From Mobula hypostoma (lineage: Eukaryota), in NCBI RefSeq assembly GCF_963921235.1, contig NC_086097.1:107882001-107946000 (forward strand): a stretch of 64,000 nt of DNA. The letters run 5' to 3'. This document shows positions 13,064 to 24,836 of the stretch, piece by piece (the stretch's first letter is position 1; the number at the start of each line of letters is the position of its first letter). A program made the position numbers and the translations under genes. The notes under the pieces were generated by a model. That model was given only the letters and a program-made list of their open reading frames with translations. It made no database searches and was not told the DNA's origin.

Positions 13064-15845
13064 TAGTAACTTTTAACTATCTCCGTTTGATCGGAGGTTG
13101 TGAATTTGTCGCCCTTAATTTTTTTTGCCTTATATGGGCAGAAAAGTTTATTTTTGATTAATTAATATGGTTGCTAAACTTTCTTTCTATCTGCGTCATT
13201 CCTTTCTTTTTCCCAGGGGACTCTGGGTGGTTATTCCCTCAGCGTCATTCTACGTATTTCCTTTGAGGCCTTAAATTTTGTAGTTTTTAAATCTACTTTT
13301 TTTTGTAGGTTTTCATAACTAGTTTATGTTAATAATTTCATTTCTTTTTTTGTTTATTCATAGGGTCTGGGGTTTGTTGTGTTTTTTTTTATATTTTCTG
13401 GCTTTTTCTCTGTTATATTAAGTGTTTGTTTTAATTGATTTACCTTTTTTTATTTTTTTACTGTTTTATAATCAGCTGATCTTTTTTATATTTACACTTT
13501 TTTTTAGGGAGCGTATACCGGAAGTCATGGGGGTAGTTTTAGTGCTTGCTTCTTTCTGGCTGGTCTGTGTTAGATTTAGCCTTGGGGTCATGGGGTGGGG
13601 GGTGGTGGGAGGGGCTTCACATTTTAGTTTTTTTCTTTTTGGGCTATGTATACTATTGAAGTATTGGTTGCGTTCTCCTTCCTGGTATCTCTTATTTGTT
13701 CTGTTCCCTTTCCGGGTTCGTGGGTCGAGCCTATCGTCAATCTTCCTTGTTGCGGGTTGACTTTAGGGTTTATGGAGTCTATTATTAATTTTGTCTCCTG
13801 GAACACTAATGGTCTTAACCATCCTATTAAAAGGAAAAAAGTTTTTAAAGTGTTCCGGAGACTTAAAGCACAAATTTTATTTTTTACAAGAGACCCATGT
13901 GCGGCGGGGGGACAGACTACGTTTTTTTTAAATTCTGGAAGGGCCAACAGTTTCATTCGAACTCCAACGCTAAGATTCGAGGCGTCTCTATTTTTACAGA
14001 CTCCTCAGTTACTTTTATACAACATGATATTATCTCTGATCCGAATGGTAGATTTCTACTGGTTAGTGGTCTACTATTTAATAAAAAGGTAGTTTTGGTT
14101 AATGTTTATGCTCCCAATATGGACTGTCTGGAATTTTATAAATCATTATTCAATCAGTTCCCGAATTTGAATGAGTTCTCATTGATCTGGGGCGGAGATC
14201 TTAATACCTGTTTATCTCCAGCTTTGGACCGTTCGGCTCCTCTACGGACCTTACCTAATAAATCTGCAACTTTGATTAATTCATTCCTCTCTGATTCTGG
14301 GTCGACGGACATTTGGCGTTTTTTGCATCCTCAGGAAAAAGACTTTTCTTTTTTTTCACATGTTCACCATTCCTATTCAAGAATTGATTATTTCTTTATT
14401 GACTCTCGTCTTATTTCTTCAGTGATTAAATGTGATTATGACTCTATAACCATTTCGGATCATGCTCCACTTAAGCTTTCTATTAAAATTCAGGCCAATA
14501 CACAAAATAATAGACAATGGCGTTTTAATTCACTGTTGCTTCAGGACTCGGACTTTGTTAAATTTATGAATGAACAGATTGATCTTTTTTTTACAATCAA
14601 CTATACAGAGGATATTTCTGTGAACATCCTTTGGGATACTTTTAAAGCTTATATTCGTGGTCAGATTATTTCATATTCTGCTGCTTTGAGGAAGAAGCTG
14701 AAGCAGGAGGAGTTGGTAATTGTGGACAAGATTAAGGAAACTGATAAGAAATATGTTACAGCTCCCTCTGAGGAGTTATATAAACAAAGAACTGAACTTC
14801 AAATGGAACACAGTCTATTACTTTCGTCCTCGATTGTAAACCAATTAAAGAAAACAAGAAGTGAATTTTATGTACACAGTGACAAAATTGGCAAACTGTT
14901 GGCTAACCAATTGAAGTCTAACTCACCTTTTTTCCCTCTTTTTCGAGGCACTCGACAAGGTTGTCCTCTTAGTCCTTTATTATTTGATATTGCGTTAGAA
15001 CCTCTTGCAATTGCCATTCGAGAATCTCTAAATATTACTGGGATAACTCGGGGCTTAAAGTCCCATAAAATATCACTCTATGCTGATGATTTACTTTTAT
15101 ATATTTCTAATCCTCAAGAATCCATCCCTGCTGTTTTAGAGTTATTAGCACAATTTAGTCTCTTTTCAGGTTATAAATTAAATCTTAGTAAGAGTGAACT
15201 TTTCCCGATTAATAAACAACTTCCCTTATATCATAACTTTCCATTTAAATTGATTAATAATTATTTTTCATATCTTGGGATTAAAATTACTTGTAAATAC
15301 AAAGATTTATTTAAGATTAACTTTTTACCCTTAATTGACCATATTATTCAAATTTCATCTAAATGGTTCCCTTTATATTTAACTTTGATTGGTCGTATTA
15401 ATGCAGTTAAGATGTTTTTTCTGCCAAAATTTCTATATATATTTCAGGCATTACCGATTTTTGTTCCAAAATCTTTTCTTGATAAAGTTGACTCTAAAAT
15501 TTCTTCATTTATTTGGCAAAATAAAAACCCGAGACTGGGTAAAATACATTTACAGAAAGCTAAGAGAGATGGAGGTTTAGCATTACCTAACTTTAGATTC
15601 TATTATTGGGCAATTAATATTCGACATATGAAATTTTGGTTACTTAACCAGGATATACTATCCATTCCTAAATGGGTAGCATTGGAATTACAATCTGTTC
15701 AGGGCTATACACTTGGTTCTGTTTTAGGTTCCTCTCTTCCTTTTGATTTGAAATGCCTCAAACAGGTATCTAACCCGATAGTTAAATATACCTCAAAGTT
15801 GCTGGTGAACGCAGCAGGCCAAGCAGCATCTATAGGAAGAGGCGC

Positions 15846-15881
15846 AGTCGACGTTTCAGGCCGAGACCCTTCGTCAGGACT
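15846..15881 (-). ncRNA. Minimal hammerhead ribozyme (PLE), in the host pre-mRNA orientation
   Basis: Reverse complement AGTC-CTGACGA-AGGGTCTCGGCCT-GAAACGTC-GACT. Core intact. Confidence 0.75.
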
Positions 15882-16454
15882 AACTGAAGGAAGAGTGAGT
15901 AAGGGATTTGAAAGCTGGAGGGGGATGGGGAGATGCAAAATGATAGGAGAAGACAGGAGGGGGAGGGATAGAGCCGAGATCTGGACAGGTGATAGGCAAA
16001 AGGGGATACGAGAGGATCATGGGACAGGAGGTCCGGGAAGAAAGACAAGGAGGGGGGTGACCCAGAGGATGGGCAAGAGGTATATTCAGAGGGACAGAGG
16101 GAGAAAAAGGAGAGTGAGAGAAAGAATGTGTGCATAAAAATGAGTAACAGATGGGGTACGAGGGGGAGGTGGGGCTTTAACGGAAGTTAGAGAAGTCGAT
16201 GTTCATGCCATCAGGTTGGAGGCTACACAGACGGAATATAAGGCGTTGTTCCTCCAACCTGAGTGTGGCTTCATCTTTACAGTAGAGGAGGCCTTCTTCC
16301 CGGACCTCCTGTCCCATGATCCTCTCGTATCCCCTTTTGCCTATCACCTGTCCAGCTCTTGGCTCTATCCCTCCCCCTCCTGTCTTCTCCTATCATTTTG
16401 CATCTCCCCCTCCCCCTCCAGCTTTCAAATCCCTTACTCACTCTTCCTTCAGTT

Positions 16455-16490
16455 AGTCCTGACGAAGGGTCTCGGCCTGAAACGTCGACT
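16455..16490 (+). ncRNA. Minimal hammerhead ribozyme (PLE)
   Basis: AGTC-CTGACGA-AGGGTCTCGGCCT-GAAACGTC-GACT. Helix II AGG/CCT, GUC cleavage site. Confidence 0.75.
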
Positions 16491-18294
16491 GCGCCTCTTC
16501 CTATAGATGCTGCTTGGCCTGCTGCATTCACCAGCAACTTTGATGTATGTTGCTTGAATTTCCAGCATCTGCAGAATTCCTGTTGTTTGCAGTTAAATAT
16601 ACCTTACGTATTTGGTTTCAATTCAGAAAATTTTTTGATCTTAACCAATTTGGGTTAGCAATTCCTATTTTAGGTAACATATTTTTTCCTCCCTCTTTTA
16701 CGGATCGTGCTTTTCAAATTTGGAAGACTAAGGGTATTTCACGGTTTTTGGATTTATTTTTAGATGGTTCCCTTATGTCTTTTGAACAATTATCTAATAA
16801 ATATAATTTACCAAGAATACATTTTTTTAGATATCTACAAGTTAGAAATTTCCTAAGTACTATACTTTCTTCTTTTCCAATGCTTCCTCCTACATACATT
16901 TTAGATACTATAATTAACCTTAATCCATGTCAGAAAGGTGCATTGGCTATGATTTATAATATTATGAAACTTAGGAAAGCTCCATTTGATAAGATTAGGG
17001 TAGATTGGGAACAGGAATTGGGGTCTATCATTTCCGTGGATGATTGGGGACAGATTTTACAATTAGTCAATACTTCCTCTATCTGTGCTAAACATTCCCT
17101 AATTCAATTTAAAGTTGTTCATAGAGCACATATGTCCAAAGATAAATTAGCTCGCTTTTATTCTCATATTAATCCTTTTTGTGATAGATGTCCGGGGCAG
17201 ATAGCCTCTTTAACTCATATGTTTTGGTCTTGTCCTACTCTGGAAACTTTTTAGAGAGACATTTTTAATATTATCTCAAAGGTATTGAATATAGATATCT
17301 CTCCTCATCCTATTACTGCTATCTTTGGACTACCTAAAATTTCCAGTAATCTTTCTCCTTCAGCCCGTAGAATGATTGCATTTCTTACTTTAATGGCGAA
17401 AAGATGTATCTTACAACATTGGAAAGAGCTTAATGCTCCAACCACCTTTTTTTGGTTTTCTCAGACGATATTATGCTTGAATTTGGAGAAAATTAGAAGC
17501 AATCTTTATGATTCCTCACTTAAATTTGAACAGACCTGGAGATCTTTTATTCAATATTTTCATTTAATATAATTTTTTTTTCTTCTCTTTTTTGCTCCAT
17601 ATTTATATACCCTTCTTGTTTTTTTTTACTGTTTTTAATGGAGGTTGGGTTTGAGGACGTGATTTTAAGTTCTTTAACTCTACTTGGTTCCAAGTTAGCC
17701 CATTGCTTTGCTTTGCTTTTAGTTAGTTGCACGGTGGGGTTTTTTTTGGGGCTTTTTTTCTTTTTCTCTATTGAGATATATATATATAGAAATTAGTATA
17801 CTATTATGTTACCTTAGTATGTTATGTTTAAATTACATTGTTTGTATCACTTTTTTTCTGTATTAATATCTCCTGTAATTTTATTATATTCTAACAGTGT
17901 ATTAGTGCCGATATGGCTTACCTTTTTGTATACTTATTCAATAAAAAGATTTAAAAAGGATTGGGGTAGGTAGAGAATGTCTCATCACTGTAAAGTCTTT
18001 GTGCCTCTGCTGGCTATAGATCTGTGACAGCCGCTCTGATAAATCTCTCCTCTTACAGAGATACAGTAATGTGTGCTCCCTTCAGTTTCTGGAGCTGGCA
18101 CCCGTGATGCGCCATCCCCTCCTGCAGAAGAGTAGCCGCTTTAATCATTAATTTGCAACCTTCCTGCCATGGCAGAGTATGCTATCTGAGGTGTGGGGCA
18201 TGGATTGGTGATAATTGAGTATGTGGTGGAACTTGTGAATGTTTGAAAGGAATGGGGATTGCTGTTACCTAGGTGATAGTAGAGCTACTAGGAC

Positions 18295-18990
18295 TTGATG
18301 TTTCAGTCCCCATGGTAAGCCGGCACTATCAATGTTAGCAGTGGGTTTGGAGTGGTGACAAGGAGGGAGGGTAGGTACCTCATCGGGGTCATCAGGTGGG
18401 CACCCTCCTTCTTTGACGTTTCATTGATAACCCACGACGTCTCCAGAGGGCTCAATGGTGCTACCTGGCATCCCAGATACACTCCCCTCAGTTCCACACC
18501 CTCCTGTCTTCATCTTGCAGGCCAGTTGTTGTCTTTCCTTTTAATCCAAATCCAATTGCTGCTTTCTTCTGCTGCATTTGACAAGGACTTGATTGCTTGT
18601 TGGAGGGAGTGACCCCTCACCCCCATCTTCTTCAATAGACTGGTTGTAGGTGTAGCAACGAATCCCCTGCATCCCACTTCTACAGGAAAAATCCTGGTCT
18701 TCCAGCCATTCTGGGCAGCTTCATTTGCCAGTTCAGAGTACTTGGTCTTTTTCTTCTCATAAGCTTCTTCCCGTGGTACTGTCAATTCCACCACATATGC
18801 CAGCTTGGCTGTTGTGGACCACAGAACCATGTCTGGCCAGAGTGTTGTAGTCACTCCTGGGGGAAACACAAGCTTTTTTTCCAAGTCCACATCCATTTTC
18901 CAATCCCGAGCAACCTGTAAAATGCTTACATCTTTTGATGTTATATGGTGCTCTGGAGGTTGGCGTGCTGGTACAAATCGTGTGATGTGG
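18295..18990 (-). mobile_element. HERO-type (R2-group) non-LTR retrotransposon 3' fragment with restriction-like endonuclease
   Basis: ORF 18510-19016 has PDMVLWS...VVELTVP..EEAYEKKKTKYSEL...GWK..IFPVEVGCRGF, the PD-(D/E)xK RLE C-terminus, followed by a 3' UTR. Confidence 0.78.
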
Positions 18991-21214
18991 ACATTTCCTG
19001 CTGACAGATGCACCATGCAGACATGTGTGAAGTTTGCACTACGATTATGAGATGTTGGTTAATTGTGTCCTCATTTACCCTGAACACATATATGAGGTTA
19101 TTAACCTGAACCCTCTGGATGTACACTAAAGTAATAGGCCACACAGACTGGTATAATGAGACCAGAGCATGTTTCCGCACCAAAACTGATGAGTTCAGTT
19201 TAAATTGTGCATAACAATCTTCATGAATACTTTCATTAACTTTCCAAATTAAGTCACCAGGTTTCCTCTCCTCAATCTATTTTGTCCACGCCATCTCTTT
19301 TTAAATTTATTCATGGTGATTATCATCCTCTCATTCCGTTACAAAGAGATTACCTTTGTCACGTGAGTATCAAAACATACAGTGAAAGAGAGAGCCTGTG
19401 GAGCCTTGGAGCTCGGAGAAGAGGCGCGGAATTGTAATATCGGAACAGCAAATTACTGGTCTCCGGTCTCATTGACTCAGGAGTGACCTTTCTCGTCCTC
19501 ACTGGAGAGAGAGATCCTGTCTGAGATACCGAAGTGCCAGTTTGTGGCCTGCAGCTCGATGAGCTCTGGATCAATGGACTCTTTTGGTGCTTCTGCCCGC
19601 TGCTTGCGGGGTGGGTGGGGGGGGGTCAATGCTTCTGCTGGAACGGGTGGGGGTGGAGGGGGATGTCGATGCTTTAGCTGCTGCTAGTGGGGGAGGGGCT
19701 TCGATGTTTCTATCGTTCTATGAGGTTTCTTTGTTTCTGGCCCTCTATGAAGAGGGCAAATTTCAGGTTGTGTACTGTATACATACTCTGATGTTAAAGG
19801 TATTTTGAAACTTTGACATAGTCACTTCCACCAACGATGTTCTGGAGGCAATCTCCAACTGTCAGCTTGCTTCCAATGTCAACATAGCGTGCCCAAAGTT
19901 TGCTAACCCTCACAATTATCTCATCGGAAATGTGAAAGCAAACCAGAGCACCCAGCGGAACCCCACACTATCATGGGGGGGGGGGGCCACAGAAACGCCT
20001 TACAGATAGTGGCGGGGATTGAACTCTGACCTCACAACTGGTGTGTTGTTAAGTGTTGTGCTAACCACTAAACTACTGTGCTGCCCATGTACTGTATATT
20101 CCTATAATACATAAAAATATTTTTATAGCATGTATAAAAATACTTTTATTCACTTTCATCAGACAATAAACTCATTTACAGAAGTGTGTGAGTTGAAGTT
20201 ATTTTAAAAATTGTACATTCAGCCCCCAAATATTCAGAAATAAATGAGAATAGTTGTAATTCAGGAAATTGGGCAGTGAGTCTCTGCGTCAATTTATGGA
20301 GTTGATCTGTCAGATCTGCAATTATCTTCCAATTACTTGTTATTACTTGTTCAGCATTTTTCTGAAATTTCAGAATATATGTAATTGTCTTTAATATTAT
20401 ATACACCAACAGAAAAGCAAAACTGTAATTAAAGGAGATGGGCTTGTGAAAAAATTAAGTAATCACATTAGCAATGATATGCATAGAAAATATACCTACT
20501 TTAGATCTCTCCCTCCACATCAACAAGCCGTAAATATGAAGCTACAAGTTATGAGGCACTTGAAAAATAATCACTGAAATGAAGCTATTATACTATAAGT
20601 AACATTAGATTAACTGCTAGGGGAGCCTGAACCATGAAATAATAATTGGTCTAAAAATCAATTTTTGGACATTAACATTATTGATACACATAAGTGGGAT
20701 GCAATTGACTGTGAATTAATCTTTTAAGACTATATGGTCCTGAAAAATTGGTTTAAAAACCATAATCCATCAGTGAATTCTCTCAGAATGGAAGGTAACG
20801 CAAAGAGAAATTTTGGCCAATTTTGTTGCCTTGAATCAATATTTGAATGACCTTTTTTCATCTAGTCAATAATTATACACTGAGATTTAAAAAAAAGATT
20901 CCAAGTACAGTTTATATGTACAGTATATGACTATTCTGCCTAGTTCCCACAAAATGCATCAGAATACAGCCACGTTTATGTTACAAGACTCCATTTCATT
21001 TTATACCACAGTTTCGCATTTGGCAACTATGTGCTTATTTTGATATCCAGCATCATGTTTATGCAGAAATCAATTTTAGCTGCGTGAATATTTAATTGTA
21101 TAACAGCAATATGAAAGATCTTATAACATCACTTCTGCCATAAGGCATTTACACAACAGATTTAGAATCTACAAGGATCTATGACATTGAGAATAAAAAT
21201 ATGTGTGTGTGTGT

Positions 21215-21510
21215 ATTTATTTTATTTCGTATTACAGCATGGAATAGGCCCTTCTGGCCCTTCAAGCCACACTGCCCAGCAACCCCTGACAACCCCGACG
21301 TAATCCTAACTTAATCACGGGGCAATTTACAATGACCATTTTACCTACCCAGTACAACTTTGAACTGTGGGACAAAACCGGAGGGTCCAGAGAAAACCCA
21401 CACATTCCAGAGGGAGGACATGCAGACTCCCTACAGAGGATGCTGGGATTGAACTCTAACCTCTGATGCCCCGAGCAGTAAAAGCTTTGCACTAACTGCT
21501 ATGCTACCAT
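21215..21510 (-). mobile_element. HE1/V-SINE-like SINE
   Basis: Reverse complement shows a tRNA-like head, a V-core-like gggttttctctggaccctccggttttgtcccacag and an (AAAT)n tail. Confidence 0.7.
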
Positions 21511-21523
21511 GGTACTTCAACTG

Positions 21524-22399
<876 letters not shown>

Positions 22400-22448
22400 C
22401 AACTGTGTATGCGTGTGTGTGCAGGTGTGCGTATGTGCAACAGCTTAC

Positions 22449-22587
22449 CTGTCTCATCACAAACTCCGAAGAGATATTTTCCCCTGTAATTGCTGGTTGC
22501 AGCAGCCCTGTGATTAAAAGCATTCGATTTAAACCTATAGCAGCAGAGAACTGTAGAATCTGATGATACGAGATCAGTTCTTTGTAC
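22449..22587 (-). CDS. Internal coding exon C of the same gene (probable cap/lid region)
   Basis: ccttatttgctttttttcag|G TAC AAA...AGA CAG|gtaagc. 139 nt, phase 2/0. (W)YKELISYHQILQFSAAIGLNRMLLITGLLQPAITGENISSEFVMRQ. Phase-compatible with exon B, no stops, strong splice sites, non-repeat sequence. Confidence 0.88.
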
Positions 22588-23685
22588 CTGAAAAAAAAGC
22601 AAATAAGGTGAGGGAATTTTACTCTGCATCACAATGGTAACAGAATTACTGAATACCAGAGAACAATTTGTTTCTCCAGAGCAGTAAATGGGAGAGGTTA
22701 AATTAGACAAACATTTCTTTCCATCTGTTTTAGCTGTCGTCACATTGATGCATACCATGATATGGTTGCAATATCATTAAGTCAAAACATACAGCACTCT
22801 CTATGTAAAGAACTTACCCTTGACATCCCTCCTATACTTTCACCCAATCACCTTAACATTATGCCCCCTTGTATTAGCTATTTCTACTCTGGGAAAAATA
22901 AATTCTCTGGCTATCCACTTAATCTATGAATGACTTTGATGGGGTTCTGCCTCTCAATAATCAGCAGAAATTGAAATATCAGATATTTAAGCAGGTCACA
23001 GAGGGATGTAAAAAGAATAGGGGAATTTAACTTTACTGATAGTGACTGGCATTGCCTTAGTCAAGGGGCTCATGCAGAGTGGAATTTATAAAATACATCC
23101 AAGAGAGAATTTTCAACAGTATGTAGAGAGCTCCTGGAGAAGTCATTACCTTGGGCGATGAGTGTAGATAGATAACAGAAATGTCTGTGCAAGAAACCTT
23201 GGTGGACTCGAAAAAGTGAAGTTTAGAACTTGAGGTAAGCTGGGGTAAGGTGATTTTCAATAGCGTTAGTCAGTACATGAAGAAGAATACTGGGAGCAGC
23301 TGCTGGACAGGAAAACAGTATCTGATAAGTGAGAGGTATTTGAAGATGGCATTTTAAGAGTTCAAAGTTAGCATATCTCTATAAGGCTAGAGGTGAAAAT
23401 GGTAACATTAGGGAATTTTAGTTAACAAGGGATATTGAAGATTTGATCAGGAAAAAGAAGGAAATGCATGTTAGGTATAGGAAATTTGTATTGAATGAGT
23501 CCTTTGAGTTTTATAGTGAAAAAGAGGAAAACTTGAGAAAGAAGTTAGGGGACAAAAAAAACATGGAATGACCTTGGCAAGTAGGATTAAGGAGAGTTCT
23601 AAAACCTCTTTTAAATATATTAGAAACAAAGGGCAGCTAAGGAAAGAATAGATCTCCTCAGGGACCAAAACAGTAATCAATGTTT

Positions 23686-24836
23686 TGTGAGGGGATCCAG
23701 GAGTGCCCCTATTAACTGTTTGAAGAGAGACAGAAAGAGACATTTATCATTGATGGTTTGTTTGGAAAGGAGAGAGAGACAGAGTTATTTACCACCAACA
23801 TGTTGCTTTTGAAAAGAGAGAGAGAGAGACAAAGATTAACGGTTGGACTGTCACCTTAAGGCGTTGGAAGTAACTTTGGATTTTTACTGAGTTTGGAGTT
23901 GGAGACAGCACCGAGCAGCTCGTAAGTTGCTATGGTGACCAAAGGCAGTGTTATTTAATGAACACTCGATGCTATGATTTTCAGCTGGTTGCTGATGTTA
24001 CTTTCAAGGACAGGTTGCCTGCTTGTACATTTCTTCACAGACAAAGGAAGGAGGAACTCTTTGAATGACAGGTGATGCTCAGCACAGAGAAATAAATGGG
24101 AGGTCAGATGATACAGACCTCAGACACATGACACGATCTGGACACTGAATGAGCATTGTTGTGCCCGCAGAGAAAGTGGGTTTTTGGAGGATCGATCAGG
24201 CGGATCGATTCCAACTTGCTATTCCAGTTTGAGGAGAAGGGGTTGACTGGTGGGGAGTTATCTCGCCGGGGTGATAGCTCCACCACAGGAAAACCGATCC
24301 CCCTGGTTAAAGTCACAGTCGGGGACTTGTAAAGGATTTCGGAGGACGACGAGAAGATCGACGGCATCAGCTCACCTGAAGACTCATCCATCTCTCCCTC
24401 TCCCTCTCCCCCTCCCTCTCCCTCTCCCTCTCCCTCTCCCTCTCCACCTCCCCCTCCCCTTCCCTCTCCCCCTCCCTCTCCCCCTCCCCCTCCCTCTCCC
24501 CCTCCCCCTCCCTCTCCCCCCCCTCTCCCCCTCCCTCTCCCCCTCCCTCTCCCCCCCCATCACTAGTCAACTAAATACCACGAACTGAACTGAACTTTAC
24601 TCAACATCGTAAGACTGTATCTTTTTACCCCTAGACTTAAAGGAGCTTAGTTTTCATACATATATATTCCACACTTACTTTTATATATAATCATTGCTAA
24701 CTTGTTTGATTTATCTACATTTATATTACTGTATTGCGTAGTTACTAATAAATATTACTAGTTTATAGCAATACGAGACTCCAAAGTGGTTTCTATTTCT
24801 CCTGGTTTCTTTATTCCCGTCACGGGGTACGTGACA
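23686..24836 (+). mobile_element. Solo LTR related to the 5374-6226 LTR, 1151 bp
   Basis: Termini TGTGAG...CGTGACA. 4-bp TSD GTTT (23682-23685, 24837-24840). Shares blocks gaactgaact, tttacccctagac and cggggtacgt(a/g)aca with the first LTR. Confidence 0.85.
24390..24558. repeat. Polypyrimidine (CTCCCT/CTCCCC)n hexamer repeat inside the LTR
   Basis: Directly visible C/T-only tract. Confidence 0.95.

Larger units (their letters stand above)
15794..16590. mobile_element. Penelope-like element 3' fragment with inverted pseudo-LTR, inserted in L1-A ORF2
   Basis: 14-bp TSD AGTTAAATATACCT (15780-15793, 16591-16604). The left arm (-) reaches the GIY-YIG C-terminal coding region. The right arm (about 16294-16590, +) inverts about 15794-16042. 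Confidence 0.9.
13772..17572 (+). pseudogene. L1-A ORF2p (APE endonuclease, partial RT, CCHC), disrupted
   Basis: Motifs SWNTNGL, GGDLN, SRIDY, SDH, RGTRQGCPLSPLLF, LYADD, CDRC..THMFWSC. Frameshift near 13885, in-frame deletion near 14917, PLE insertion 15794-16590, stop at 17254. Confidence 0.92.
12042..17958 (+). mobile_element. Full-length-ended L1 LINE (L1-A), internally deleted and interrupted by a PLE
   Basis: 15-bp TSD GATTGGGGTAGGTAG (12027-12041, 17959-17973). 5' end GGGGGACTTCCGG. ORF1 and ORF2 present. AATAAA at 17940-17945. Confidence 0.95.

Noticed and set aside
13897..16137. 746-aa ORF as a novel RT fusion protein
   Set aside because: It is deleted L1 ORF2 reading through by chance into the antisense strand of an inserted PLE. 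The TSD marks the junction.
24250..24588. Pro/Leu-repeat and Glu/Gly/Arg-repeat ORFs
   Set aside because: They are translations of a hexamer microsatellite inside a solo LTR.
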